A stretch of 61,055 nt of DNA, the filler included. It is 7 parts of 7 records of this genome, joined end to end, with 100 filler letters (N's around TTAATTAATTAA, not from the genome) between each part and the next. Parts side by side here need not be neighbours in the genome. Positions count along the whole stretch, not along the records: positions 28,443 to 37,236 come from SRR31156797_44446; positions 37,337 to 48,689 come from SRR31156797_44455; 5 more parts are not named here. One strand, written 5' to 3'. Below the pieces are notes generated by a model. The model was not told the origin of the DNA. It saw only the letters and a program-made list of their open reading frames with translations, and did not search any database. The translations under genes and the position numbers were made by a program. Of the stretch, positions 28,649-39,396 are shown piece after piece. How positions within the stretch are numbered: the first letter of the stretch is position 1; each line of letters opens with the position of its first letter.

Positions 28649-30037
28649 TTGCAAGATTTCGTGCGTTGTTATTTGACAACAGGCACCGGGACCGGATGGC
28701 CGTTCGCTAGTTCCGTCGGCCGCCACCTGCTGTCTTGGAGCCTGTTCGCCGCCGTCGCGGCGGTCGTTTTCAGCGGGCCGTTGGTGGCTGAAGCACAAGC
28801 GCAACAGCTTCGTGAAGCCGTTGAAATGGCCGTCAGATCCCACCCGATGGTGGCCTCGGCAAGCGCCGAACAACGGGCCGCCGAACGCAGGGTCGACGAA
28901 GTGGAAGCCGGATTCCTGCCATCGGTCGATTTGAGCGCGGATTCGGGCTATCAGCACGCCCATCGCCCCGGCAGCACGACGACCGACGAGGACCTCTGGC
29001 GCAACAAGCAGCGCCTCGCCGTCAGTCAGCTTCTGTATGACGGTTTTGGAACCGCCAGCCGCACCGATTCATCGAAGGCGACCGCGACATCGGCGAAATA
29101 CGACATGCAGGCGGCGGCAATCAAGATTGCCCAGCGGGCCATCCGGGCCTATCTGGATGTCGCCCGCGACCGCAAGATCATCGAATATTCGATCGAGAAC
29201 ATCGACCTTCACAAGCGCATTCTCGCCGACGTCGAAGAAGCGGCGCGGACCGGCGGCGGCTCGACGACGCGGGTGGCCCAGGTCAAGACCCGCCTGTTCA
29301 ACGCCCAGTCGCAACGTCGCCGGGCGGAAGGAAACCTGAAAAACTCGATCAGCGATTTCCAGGAAGCGATCGGCCAGAAACCGGCCACCCTTGACGACCT
29401 GCCGGCGCCGCCGTTGGAAATGCCGGCCTCGGTCGAAGAGGTGCGGGACGAGGCGCTGAAGAACAGCCCGGTCTTCCGGGCGGCGCTTGAGACCGAGAAG
29501 GCCAGGACCTTCACGGTCGAATCGGAACGCAGCGATTATTACCCGAACGTCGAACTGGAACTGGCCCACGAAATGCGGGACGGCGTCGACGGTTCAAGCG
29601 GCTTCGAAGCGGATTCCACCGCATTGATCCAGTTTTCGTGGAACCTTTACAGCGGCGGCAGCGATCAGGCGGCGGTGCGCCGCGCGCTTGAACAATCGAG
29701 TGCCGCCATGTACCGGATCCACGAGGTCGAGCGTCAGATCACCAAGGAACTGGAAATCGCCATGACCGACTACGCGGTGACCGGCGATCAGGTTGCCCTG
29801 CTGAGCGACCGCGTGGCCACCGCCAAGGAGGTGACGGAAGCCTATCGCGAACAGTTCCGGTTGGGCCGGCGAACCTTGGTCGAGTTGCTGGATTCCGGCA
29901 ACGAGTATTTCCTCGCCCGCTCCGATTTGGCGACGACCGCCTATCGCCAAATCGGCGTCGCTTACGATTACCTCGCAATCAAGGGAACGCTGCTCAAGGA
30001 TCTGGGCATCGCGGTCGCCACGAACGACCCGTCCTAG
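28649..30037 (+). CDS. TolC-family type I secretion outer-membrane protein (LapE/AggA-like)
   Basis: Signal peptide ...AEAQA, FLPSVDL, QLLYDGF, YYPNVEL, QFRLGRRTLVELLD; start uncertain (TTG 28649 with GGAGGGG RBS). Confidence 0.88.
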   Translation: MQDFVRCYLTTGTGTGWPFASSVGRHLLSWSLFAAVAAVVFSGPLVAEAQAQQLREAVEMAVRSHPMVASASAEQRAAERRVDEVEAGFLPSVDLSADSGYQHAHRPGSTTTDEDLWRNKQRLAVSQLLYDGFGTASRTDSSKATATSAKYDMQAAAIKIAQRAIRAYLDVARDRKIIEYSIENIDLHKRILADVEEAARTGGGSTTRVAQVKTRLFNAQSQRRRAEGNLKNSISDFQEAIGQKPATLDDLPAPPLEMPASVEEVRDEALKNSPVFRAALETEKARTFTVESERSDYYPNVELELAHEMRDGVDGSSGFEADSTALIQFSWNLYSGGSDQAAVRRALEQSSAAMYRIHEVERQITKELEIAMTDYAVTGDQVALLSDRVATAKEVTEAYREQFRLGRRTLVELLDSGNEYFLARSDLATTAYRQIGVAYDYLAIKGTLLKDLGIAVATNDPS

Positions 30038-30169
30038 GGCCGCTGGCCAAATCGGGACCAAATCCCCTATCATGGGCGATACCGCACCGTTCGCCGACCG
30101 GCATGACTGCCGTCGCGATCGGTTTGACGGCGCGATCGCGGCAATATCGACTTTTGGTCGGATGGGGGA

Positions 30170-32461
30170 ATGACCGCCGATATGTCCCAAAACGCGAACC
30201 CGGAACGCGGCGATGCCAATACCGATGCGCCCTCGCGGCCGTCGGCCGACGGACTGGATCCGGCGGCGGAGGTTGCCGGAATCGACGGTGCATTGCCGCC
30301 TTCGATGGAGGACGGGCAGCTGGCCGCCGACGATTACGACGATCCGCTGCTGTCGTGCCTGCTGTTCCTGGTCGCCTTCCATGGGCAACCGAAGTCGGCC
30401 TCGGTGTTGCTGTCGGCCCTGCCGAAACCGGACGGGGCGATCTCGGTCGACCTGTTCAAACGGGCCGCGGCGCGCACTGGCCTGTCGGTCAAGGTGGTGC
30501 GGCGGGGCCTAAGCCGCATCCACTCCTGGACCCTGCCGGCGGTATTGGTGCTGCGCGACCATGGCGCCCTGGTTCTGCTCGGCAAATCGGACAACGGTAA
30601 ATATCGGGTGACCGCCGGCACTGCCGGGGACGGCGAGACCGAACTGGAAGCCGCTGAGCTTGAAAAGGCCTATGCGGGTTTCACCATTCTGGTCAAACCC
30701 GAGGTCGAATTGGGGGCCGAACGCACCGGCGCCGACATGGCCCGACCGCGGTCGTGGTTCTGGGGCACCCTGGCGCGCAACGGCTGGACCTATCTTCAGG
30801 TCGGGCTGGCCTCGGTCATGATCAACATCTTCGCCCTGGCCAATCCGCTGTTCACGATGAACGTCTATGACCGCGTCCTGCCCAACAACGCGGTCGAATC
30901 GGGCATCGCGCTTGCCGCCGGCGCCGGTACCGCGCTGCTGTTCGATTTCATCCTGCGCAACCTGCGCGGCTGGTTCATCGATTTCGTCGGCCGGCGCGCC
31001 GATGTCGTGCTTGCCTGCCGGATTTTCGACCAGGTACTGGACCTCAAGACATCGCACCGGCCGCAATCGTCGGGTGCGTTTGCCAGCATGTTGCGGGAGT
31101 TCGAGACGGTCCGCGAATTTTTCACTTCGGCGACCCTGGCCGCCTTCATCGACCTGCCGTTCTCGCTGCTTTTCCTGGCCGTCATTTCCCTGCTCAGCCC
31201 GCATATCGGCATGGTCCTGGGAATCGCCATGCTGGTCGTCGCGATCTGGGGCGCCTTCGTGCAGTTCCCCATTGCCCGCAGTGTGCGCAAGTTGATGGTC
31301 CACGGCGAACACAAGCACGGTGTCCTGGTCGAAAGCCTGTTCGGATACGAAACCATCAAGATGGTCGGGGCCGAAGGCCGGATGCGGGCGAAGTGGGAAA
31401 ACGTCGTCGGCCAGAGCGCCTCGGTCGGCCAGCGCATGCGCCTGTTCAACAACCTGGGCGTCAACTTCGTCCAGTTCGTGCAGCAGGGCACGGTGATCGG
31501 CGTCGTCGTCGCCGGCATCTTCCTGGTCAAGGAGGGCATGGTGACGTCGGGCGGGCTGGTCGCCGCGGTCATCCTGTCGGGCCGCGCCCTGGGGCCGATG
31601 GCCCAGGTTTCACAATTGATGATGCGGTTTCACCAGACCTGGACGTCGCTGAAATCGCTCGATTCGGTGATGCAGGGCCCGGTCGAACGGCCACCCGAGG
31701 CCAATTTCCTGCACCGCCCCCGCCTTGAAGGACGGATCGAGTTCCAGGACGTCACCTTCCGCTATCCGGAAACCGACCACGACGTGCTGAAGGACATCGC
31801 GTTTACCATCGGCGCCGGCGAACGGGTCGGCATCATCGGCCGGGTCGGATCGGGCAAAAGCACCATCGCCAAGCTGTTGGCCGGGCTCTACGACCCGGGA
31901 TCGGGCACCGTTCTTCTGGACGACACCGACCTGCGCCATATCGAACCCAGCGATGCCCGCGCCAATATCGGCTTCGTGCCCCAGGACGTGTTCCTGTTCA
32001 AGGGCACGATCAAGGAAAACATCGCCATCGGCGTGCCGCGGGCCAGCGACGACGACATCACCGCCGTTTGCCAAACGCTGGGCCTGCACGAATTCATCAC
32101 CCAGCACCCGCTGGGGTACGATTTGCAAGTCGGCGAACGCGGCGCCGGGCTTTCCGGCGGCCAGCGCCAGGCCGTCGCGCTGGCGCGCACGCTGTTGAAA
32201 AATCCCAACATCCTGGTTTTGGACGAGCCGACCAATTCGATGGACACCGGAACCGAACGCAAGGTGGTCCAGACCCTGTCGCGGATGAAAGGCGGCAAAA
32301 CGGTGGTTCTGGTCACCCACCGGACCTCGGTTCTGAGCCTGGTTGATCGTCTGATCGTGCTCGATGCGGGACGCATCGTCGCCGACGGGCCGAAACGCGA
32401 AGTGTTGGACGGGCTGAACCAGAGCCAAGGCGGACCGGTGAAAAACCATGTCGAAAGCTGA
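30170..32461 (+). CDS. Type I secretion permease/ATPase (LapB/LssB-like, C39-like N-domain)
   Basis: MNVYDRV, Walker A GRVGSGKST, LSGGQRQ, LDEPT, VTH. Confidence 0.93.
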   Translation: MTADMSQNANPERGDANTDAPSRPSADGLDPAAEVAGIDGALPPSMEDGQLAADDYDDPLLSCLLFLVAFHGQPKSASVLLSALPKPDGAISVDLFKRAAARTGLSVKVVRRGLSRIHSWTLPAVLVLRDHGALVLLGKSDNGKYRVTAGTAGDGETELEAAELEKAYAGFTILVKPEVELGAERTGADMARPRSWFWGTLARNGWTYLQVGLASVMINIFALANPLFTMNVYDRVLPNNAVESGIALAAGAGTALLFDFILRNLRGWFIDFVGRRADVVLACRIFDQVLDLKTSHRPQSSGAFASMLREFETVREFFTSATLAAFIDLPFSLLFLAVISLLSPHIGMVLGIAMLVVAIWGAFVQFPIARSVRKLMVHGEHKHGVLVESLFGYETIKMVGAEGRMRAKWENVVGQSASVGQRMRLFNNLGVNFVQFVQQGTVIGVVVAGIFLVKEGMVTSGGLVAAVILSGRALGPMAQVSQLMMRFHQTWTSLKSLDSVMQGPVERPPEANFLHRPRLEGRIEFQDVTFRYPETDHDVLKDIAFTIGAGERVGIIGRVGSGKSTIAKLLAGLYDPGSGTVLLDDTDLRHIEPSDARANIGFVPQDVFLFKGTIKENIAIGVPRASDDDITAVCQTLGLHEFITQHPLGYDLQVGERGAGLSGGQRQAVALARTLLKNPNILVLDEPTNSMDTGTERKVVQTLSRMKGGKTVVLVTHRTSVLSLVDRLIVLDAGRIVADGPKREVLDGLNQSQGGPVKNHVES

Positions 32462-33767
32462 CATCGAATACATGTCCGAGCTTCGCGCCGCGGTGACCCG
32501 CCGGCCGGCGGTGATGGCCAATATCATCCTGCTGTCGGTGGTGGCGTTTTTCCTGCTGGCGGTTCTGTGGGCGTCGTGGGCCGAGGTCGACCAGATCAGC
32601 ACCGGCGAAGGCCGGGTCATTCCGTCCGGCCACGTGCAGGTGGTCCAGAACCTGGAAGGCGGGATTCTGTCGGAACTGCTGGTCGCCGAGGGCGATGCGG
32701 TGGAAGCCGGCCAGATCCTGATGCAGCTGGATGACACGCAGTTTTCCTCGGACTTCATGGAAAACCGCTTCAAGCATCTGGGCCTGCAGGCGGTGGTGGC
32801 GCGCCTGGGCGCCGAGATCGAAGAACGCGCGCTGGAATTTCCGCCCGAGGTCGAGGCGCAATTGCCCGCCGTGGTTCAGGCCGAACGGGCGCTTTATGAG
32901 GCCCGCCGGCGCGAACAGGCCGCCGCCATGGCCATGATCGAGGCCCAATACCGGCAAAAGAAACACGAGACCGATGAGGTCAAGGCCCGGATCGATCAAT
33001 TGCATGACGTCATCAAGTTCGCCGACGAGGAAAAGGGCATCCTGGAGCCGCTGGTCGCCAAGGGCATCAACGCGCCGATCGAACTGATCCGCCTGAAACG
33101 CGAAATCAGCCAGAACGCCGGCGAACTGAAGATTTCGCAGCAGGAGATCCTGAAGCTGGCGGCCTCGATCGAGGAAACCGAGCAGGCCATGCGCGAGGCC
33201 CGCGCCCAGTTCCGTGGCCGCGCCCTGCAGGAACTGAACGAGGCCCAGGTCAACATGGCGGCCCTGGGCCAGGTGGTCAGTTCGCGCGACGACAAGCTTC
33301 GCCGCACCGTCATCCGGGCGCCGGTGGCCGGCACCGTCAAGCAGGTCTTCATCAAGACCATCGGCGGCGTCGTGCGGCCCGGCATGGATCTGATGGAGAT
33401 CGTGCCGGCCGAGGACGATCTGCTGGTCGAGGCCAATATCCGGCCGTCGGACATCGCCTTCATGCATCCCGGCCTGGAGGCGACCGTGCGGTTCACGGCG
33501 TACGACTACACCATTTTCGGATCCCTGCAGGCGACGCTCGATCAGATCAGCGCCGATACCATTTTCGACGAGGAAAAGAAGGAACGCTTCTACGTGATCC
33601 GGCTGCGCGCCAAGACCACCAGCCTGCTGGATCCGGCCGGCAAGCCGTTGCCGATCATCCCCGGCATGACGGTCAGCGTCGACGTCAAGACCGGCCAGCG
33701 GACGATCCTGCAATACCTGCTGAAACCCTTCCACAAGCTGTCCGGCCGCGCCTTCCACGAGCGCTGA
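32448..33767 (+). CDS. HlyD-family type I secretion membrane fusion protein
   Basis: VQNLEGG, IRAPVAG, GGVV.PG, PGM.V.VDVKTG.RTILQYLLKP. Confidence 0.93.
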   Translation: MSKADIEYMSELRAAVTRRPAVMANIILLSVVAFFLLAVLWASWAEVDQISTGEGRVIPSGHVQVVQNLEGGILSELLVAEGDAVEAGQILMQLDDTQFSSDFMENRFKHLGLQAVVARLGAEIEERALEFPPEVEAQLPAVVQAERALYEARRREQAAAMAMIEAQYRQKKHETDEVKARIDQLHDVIKFADEEKGILEPLVAKGINAPIELIRLKREISQNAGELKISQQEILKLAASIEETEQAMREARAQFRGRALQELNEAQVNMAALGQVVSSRDDKLRRTVIRAPVAGTVKQVFIKTIGGVVRPGMDLMEIVPAEDDLLVEANIRPSDIAFMHPGLEATVRFTAYDYTIFGSLQATLDQISADTIFDEEKKERFYVIRLRAKTTSLLDPAGKPLPIIPGMTVSVDVKTGQRTILQYLLKPFHKLSGRAFHER

Positions 33768-33785
33768 GGGAGCGACCGGAAGCGT

Positions 33786-34775
33786 TTATTCCGCCTTGGC
33801 TGCCCCGGCTTCCTTGGCCGCCTCGGCCGCCGCGCGCTTGCGGGCGAAGGACTGCGCCACGAAGACGTCGATGATGTTCTGGGTCAGGTGGTAAACGATG
33901 CCGGGAATCAGGGCCATCGGGAACAGGGCGGCGAAATTCGTCGCCCACACCAGGTAGGAGACGGTCAGGGTCTTCTGCGAGGTGTGGATGGTGAAGGCCG
34001 CCGTCGACGGGGCGTCAAGACGGATGGCCCGGGAGATCAGGTTGTTCATGACCAGGAAAATCAGGTGCAGGACGATCATGAAGGCCAGGGCATAGACCAG
34101 CACGATGCCGGCGTCGAGGATACGCTGGGTCGAGCTCGACACGGCGTTGAAGATGATCAGCAGCACGATGCATTGCTGGAAGCGCGAAAATCCCGTCCGG
34201 TAGGCCTGCACCGCGTCCCCGAGCCGCATGCGGAGCATCTGTCCGATGACGGTCGGGATCAGCACCGTGTAGACCAGCTTGACGATGGTGTCGAGGACCG
34301 GCAGCTCGATGTCGAAGCCGCTCTGCAGCAGCAGGTCCAGGGTGAACGGCATGGAGAAGACGCCGACCACATTGGTCGATACGCAGATGAACAGGCTGAG
34401 CGGAATGTTGCCGCGCGCGATCGTCGTCATCACCGTGCCGGCGGCCACCGTGGCCGGGGCGGCCATCATGATGGCAACGCCGACGACCAGGTCCGGCTCA
34501 CCGCCGAACACGGCCCTGGCCAGAAGGAAGCCGATGGTCGGCATGAACAGCATGCAGGAGACGACGGCGGCGACCAGCACCTTCACGTCGCGCAACTGCC
34601 GCACGATGCTCGACGTATCGAGGGTCAGGCCGGAAATCAGGAAGGCGAAGAAGACGCCGATCTTGAGGACGCCGTAATCGTGGACGAAGCGCCCGGCCGC
34701 CGGCACCGCGAAGGCCAGGGCGATCATCACGGCGATGCCGACGAAGAACCAGTGCTTCCTGAGCGCGTTGACCAT
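33786..34775 (-). CDS. Bile acid:sodium symporter (BASS/SBF-like) family transporter
   Basis: ~10 TMs, FLISGL.L, PAT..AG, SQKTL, YHLTQ; AAAGGA RBS before ATG 34775. Confidence 0.85.
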   Translation of the reverse strand: MVNALRKHWFFVGIAVMIALAFAVPAAGRFVHDYGVLKIGVFFAFLISGLTLDTSSIVRQLRDVKVLVAAVVSCMLFMPTIGFLLARAVFGGEPDLVVGVAIMMAAPATVAAGTVMTTIARGNIPLSLFICVSTNVVGVFSMPFTLDLLLQSGFDIELPVLDTIVKLVYTVLIPTVIGQMLRMRLGDAVQAYRTGFSRFQQCIVLLIIFNAVSSSTQRILDAGIVLVYALAFMIVLHLIFLVMNNLISRAIRLDAPSTAAFTIHTSQKTLTVSYLVWATNFAALFPMALIPGIVYHLTQNIIDVFVAQSFARKRAAAEAAKEAGAAKAE

Positions 34776-35260
34776 GACCGTCCTTTTTCCTTTCTGACAA
34801 GACGCGCTTGTCGGGCCGGTCGGTGGTTGCGGCCGGATGGTGGCCGCCGTCGATCGCAAGGAAGCGCGCTTCGCGTATTCCGCCCCGATGTCCGGAAAAC
34901 GCGGATATCCATGGGCGTTGCGGGGGTATGCCATGAATGCCGCTTCGAATGCCAGCCTTTGCGCGAACCTTTTCGCAGTGTGGTTTTGGGGGGCGCCGCC
35001 GCGACGGGTTTCGAACCGGCTGTCCTGAATGCACGGCCCGGTTTCCGCCCACGCCTTCCGCGACCGGTGATTGCCGGCAGGTTTACACGCCCCTGTTTGC
35101 CGGCCCTGATCGGCAGCAACCCGTTTTAATCCCCATCATATTTCGGATTGGCCGACGGAATAGGGCGTTATTCCGTTGACTCTTCCTTGGGCGTTTGTCA
35201 AAATTTGAACATCATTCCAGTTTTGTCCATCTTTCAAAATAACTCGGAGGGGGAAGCCAG

Positions 35261-35830
35261 TTGGAGAAGGTTCTCATCACCATCGGCGATGCGACGGAAA
35301 CAGTGGACACGCTGTATCCGATCTTTCGGTTACGCGAAGCCGGCTTTCAGCCGGTAATCGCGGCGCCGGAAAAACGGACCTATCAGATGGTCATGCACGA
35401 AGTCCGGCCCGGATGGACAATCACCAAGGAATGGGAAGGCTATCTGATCGAAGCCGATATCGCGTTCGGGGATATTGTCGAGGCCGACTATCTGGGCATC
35501 ATGTTCAGCGGCGGCCGGGCCCCGGAGTACATCCGCTACGATCCCGACCTGATGCGTATCACCCGCCATTTCTTTGCCGAAGGCAAACCGATCGCCAGTG
35601 TCTGCCACGGCGTCGAGATCCCCGCCGCCGCGGATTGCGTGCGGGGCCGCAAAATGACCTGCGTGCCGAAGTGCCGATTCGATCTCGAGATCTGCGGCGG
35701 GACCTATATCGAGGCCGAGGGCGTCATCGACGACAACCTCGTCAGCATCCGAACGTTTCATGAATACGGCGAGCATTTCGGCCCCTGGATACGGCTTCTG
35801 GAAAACGCGCGCAAAACCAAGAACGCGTAG
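35261..35830 (+). CDS. DJ-1/PfpI family protein
   Basis: GDATE, GGRAPEYIR, SVCHG nucleophile; TTG start with GGAGG RBS. Confidence 0.88.
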   Translation: MEKVLITIGDATETVDTLYPIFRLREAGFQPVIAAPEKRTYQMVMHEVRPGWTITKEWEGYLIEADIAFGDIVEADYLGIMFSGGRAPEYIRYDPDLMRITRHFFAEGKPIASVCHGVEIPAAADCVRGRKMTCVPKCRFDLEICGGTYIEAEGVIDDNLVSIRTFHEYGEHFGPWIRLLENARKTKNA

Positions 35831-35905
35831 TCGCTCGCCGACGCCGACTACCGGTTCAAGACACACGGAGACAGTGTCTTCACTCTAGACAGGAGAGGAA
35901 TTCCG

Positions 35906-36907
35906 ATGATGAAATTCAGGTGTACACTGGCGGCCGTTGCCGCCGTTCTCGTCACCCAGACCGCGATGGCGGACTGGCAACCCGAAAAGCCCATAAACCT
36001 GATCGTGCCGTATCCTCCGGGCGGCGTGACCGACCAGGTGATGCGCGTCGTGGCGGCCGAGATGAAGCCGATCCTCGGCCAGGAAGTCGTTGTCGTCAAC
36101 AAGGCTGGCGCCAGCGGCTCGGTCGGAACCCGCGCCGTCATGGACGCCAAGAAGGACGGCTACACATGGCTCAGCGGCGGCGTCCGCGATCTCGGCACGT
36201 TCGGCGTCATGGGCATGCTCGACACCCGGCTCGAGGACTGGAATCTTTTCGTCGTCGCGTCGATGAGCGGCATCCTCAGCGTCTCGACCGACCGTCCCTG
36301 GAAGACCCTGCCCGAGTACATCGAGGCGGCGAAGAACAAGCCCGGTAAAATTACCGTCGCAACCACCGGCTTCAACTCGTCGGGCGGCGTCGCGCTCGGC
36401 AATATCGCCGAGGCGACCGGCATCAAGGTCGAGCAGGTGATTTACGACGGCGGCTCGCCGTGCATCATGGCGGCGGTATCCGGCGAAGTGGATTCGACGA
36501 CCCAGCTTGCCGTCGAACAGGCCCAGATGATCCAGGCCAAGAAGCTGCGGCCGTTGGCGGTCATCGGCCAGACCGAGATGGAGCTCAAGGGCATCGGCAA
36601 GATCGCGCCGATCACCAACTGGTATGCCGACTTCCCGCCGTCCGAGAACTATGTCGGCGTGTATCTGCCGGTCGGCGTTCCGGACGACGTGGTCAAGACC
36701 ATTGCCAAGGCCTGGACGTCCCTGAAAACATCCGCGAAACTGGCCGACCTGTGCGCGACGCGCGGCTGCGGCGTGAACATCGTGACCCTCGACGCCGCCC
36801 AGAAGATGGGCAAGCCGATCGTTCAGGCCGCCGCCTGGAGCCTTGTCAAACAGAAGGCGAATGCCAAGGATCCAAAGGAGTTCGGCATCGAGCCCCTGAA
36901 GAAATAG
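35906..36907 (+). CDS. tctC: Tripartite tricarboxylate transporter substrate-binding protein (TctC/Bug)
   Basis: WQPEKPINLIVPYPPGG.TD, VVNKAGASG, DGYT. Confidence 0.9.
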   Translation: MMKFRCTLAAVAAVLVTQTAMADWQPEKPINLIVPYPPGGVTDQVMRVVAAEMKPILGQEVVVVNKAGASGSVGTRAVMDAKKDGYTWLSGGVRDLGTFGVMGMLDTRLEDWNLFVVASMSGILSVSTDRPWKTLPEYIEAAKNKPGKITVATTGFNSSGGVALGNIAEATGIKVEQVIYDGGSPCIMAAVSGEVDSTTQLAVEQAQMIQAKKLRPLAVIGQTEMELKGIGKIAPITNWYADFPPSENYVGVYLPVGVPDDVVKTIAKAWTSLKTSAKLADLCATRGCGVNIVTLDAAQKMGKPIVQAAAWSLVKQKANAKDPKEFGIEPLKK

Positions 36908-36936
36908 GATCACGCAGACCGCGAGGTGTGGCGCCG

Positions 36937-37236
36937 ATGTTTCGTTCTTCCGCCAAGGCTGACCTGGTTACGGCCGTGATCCTGACGGTGGTCTCCACCG
37001 CCATTGTCATCCTGTCGCTGGGCATGCCGCGGTTCGAAGAACGCGAGATCAGCCTGTGGACCATCCCCGGGATCGTTCCCGGGCTCATCGGCGTCATTCT
37101 TTTGGTCCTCGCCCTCATTCTTCTCTATCAGGCCTGGCGACGGCTTGGCATCGAAGCCCCCGAGTCCGTACCTCCGGGCACCCTGAGGCGCTTTCTGCTT
37201 TGTCTGGGATTGTGCGGCGCCTATGCGCTGTCGATC
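36937..37236 (+). CDS. tctB: TctB-family small membrane subunit; 3' truncated
   Basis: TM helices with PG.VP motif directly after tctC; GAGGTG RBS. Confidence 0.75.
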
Positions 37237-37336
37237 NNNNNNNNNNNNNNNNNNNNNNNNNNNNNNNNNNNNNNNNNNNNTTAATTAATTAANNNNNNNN
37301 NNNNNNNNNNNNNNNNNNNNNNNNNNNNNNNNNNNN
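37237..37336. other. Artificial contig spacer
   Basis: 44 N + TTAATTAATTAA + 44 N. Confidence 0.99.
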
Positions 37337-38709
37337 TCGTGCTGATACTGCCCCACGCCTATGGACGAGGGATCCAGCTTGACAAGCTCCGCCAGGGGAT
37401 CCATCAGGCGACGGCCTATGGATACGGCGCCCCTGACGGTCAGATCGTAGTCGGGGAATTCCTTTCTGGCCACCTCAGAGGCCGAATAAATGGAAGCCCC
37501 GCTTTCGTTGACCATGACTACGGGGATATTTTTCATGCACTCCAGAGAGGCGCAGAAACCGCGGGCCTCCCGCCCGCCCGTACCGTTGCCGACAGCGACG
37601 GCGCTGATGCCGTGCTTTTCAACCAGAGCCTTCAGTTTTCTCTCCGCTTCGGCCGTTTTGTTATGGGGCTCCAGGGGGTAGATGACCGTGTCGTGGAGCA
37701 GATCTCCCTGCGGGCTCAGGCATACGACCTTGCATCCGGTTCTCAATCCCGGATCCACTGCCAGAGTGGCCCTCTGTCCCAGGGGCGCTTCCATTAGGAG
37801 GACCCTGAGGTTAGAGGCAAAGACCCTGATGGCCTCGGCATCGGCTTTCTCCTTCAGGGCCTTTTTGTTTTCCGTTTCCATGGAGGGGGCCAGGAGCCTT
37901 TTGTAGCTGTCCTTCTCCACGGCGTCGATAAGATCGCGCCAGTATCCGGCATGGAAGGGGGACGCTTTGTGAATGGTCCTGACGCCCTGATCCTCCCCGG
38001 GCCTGACCTTCAGCCTCAGGAAGCCCTCGTCGGCCGCTCTGAACATGGCCAGTATCCTGTGGGAGGGCGCACGGGCCGCCGGCTCTTCCCGATTGAAGTA
38101 ATCCCTGTATTTCTGGCCCTCTTCTTCCCTGCCCTTGACCGCCTTGCATGCCATGACCGCCTGTCTGCTGTAGAGCGAACGGAGCCCGGACCGGACCGAT
38201 GCGTCTTCGTTCAACCTGTCCGCCAGTATATCGGAAGCCCCCTGAAGGGCCTCTTCCCAGTCGGCGGCCTGGTCTTCGCCGCCGAAAAACTTCTCCTTCT
38301 TAATGGAGGCGGGAGCCCTGTCGGCGAGGATCAGATCGGCCAGCGGCTTAAGCCCCCTCTCTTCGGCTGCCATCCCCCGGGTCCTCCGCTTGGGCTTATA
38401 AGGAAGGTACAGGTCTTCCAGGATCCCCGTGTCGTCGCAAGACTCGATACGGGACTTCAGAGCGCCATCCAGCTTCCCCTGGCCGTCTATGGTTTTCAGG
38501 ATGAAGGCTTTTCGTTTCTCAAGCTCTTCGAGCTCCGAGGCCGTCTTGAGGATGTCGGCCAGAACAACTTCATCCAGGTTTCCGGTCTTTTCTTTTCTGT
38601 ATCGCGCCATAAAAGGAACCGTGGCTCCCTCGGCGGCCATTTCCAGTACGTTCAGCACCGTCTTTTCGCTCAGTGAGAGCCTGCGGGCCGTTTCTTTGCT
38701 GATTATCAT
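37337..38709 (-). CDS. tex: Tex transcription accessory protein; 3' truncated
   Basis: GATVPFMARYRKE.TG.LDE, EDLYLPYKPKRRT, DPGLRTGCK, DPLAELVK, GVGQYQH. Confidence 0.95.
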
Positions 38710-38754
38710 GACAGACAGTATAAAAGGGTTTGAGAAAAGATCAAGCGAAAAGGA

Positions 38755-39192
38755 TCAGCTGCGCAATCTCTCCAGGGTGATGTCGTTGCCCTTCCGATCG
38801 ACCTTGAGGATCTCGCTCCAACGGCTGCTTTCCCCATTGAAATGGGAACGTATCCTTATATAGCTCACTCCGGCGGGCAGTTCCTCCAGGAGGAAGCTGT
38901 CGTTTCTGGTGGTCCAGTTGAGCCGCTTCTCGGTGAACTGGATGTCTACGGCGCTCTGTACCTCATAAGAACGCGCCGCTGGATTGCCTTCCCAGTTCAG
39001 TGCATAGGGCAAGGAGGAAAAGGGTGTGTCCAGAATGACCTTGGGCCTGCTGAGGTAAGCGGTCTCCTCCGGAGCCTCCGAATCTATAGCATTCACCTCC
39101 CCTGATGCGCTTCGGCAGCCGGTCAATGCCAGACCGGCCGAGATGGCAATCAAGGCAAGCTTTTTATTTACAATATTAGTATTTATGTCCAT
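38755..39192 (-). CDS. Hypothetical lipoprotein (possible FN3-like domain)
   Basis: Lipobox LTGC; L.W.....A..YEVQ...Y.RIR.....S.WS pattern. Confidence 0.65.
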   Translation of the reverse strand: MDINTNIVNKKLALIAISAGLALTGCRSASGEVNAIDSEAPEETAYLSRPKVILDTPFSSLPYALNWEGNPAARSYEVQSAVDIQFTEKRLNWTTRNDSFLLEELPAGVSYIRIRSHFNGESSRWSEILKVDRKGNDITLERLRS

Positions 39193-39325
39193 TTAAAATT
39201 ATATTCCTCGTTTGAATTCGACACACTATACTGCATGCTCCTGCGGCTGTAAAGCATGGGGGGATGGCTCTCGAACATAGCTGTCCCCTATCGTTTGAAA
39301 TTGGTCGGACTTTTTAGTTTTCAGC

Positions 39326-39354
39326 TTGACAGCGCAGTATTGGAAACGTAACCT
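39326..39354 (+). promoter_or_regulatory. sigma70 promoter of the nucleoside ABC operon
   Basis: TTGACA-17 nt-TAACCT; TATAAT also present at 39356-61. Confidence 0.6.
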
Positions 39355-39396
39355 GTATAATAGAATTCTAGCGATTAATAATACTAAGGAGAAAGT

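Noticed and set aside
34915..34955. Two minus-strand TGGCAT motifs upstream of the BASS gene as sigma54 promoters
   Set aside because: The GG-to-GC spacing is not the required 10 nt.
39193..39396. Purine riboswitch upstream of the nucleoside ABC operon
   Set aside because: No purine-aptamer core. The promoter lies only ~40 nt from the start codon, and the hairpin near 39258-88 is upstream of it.
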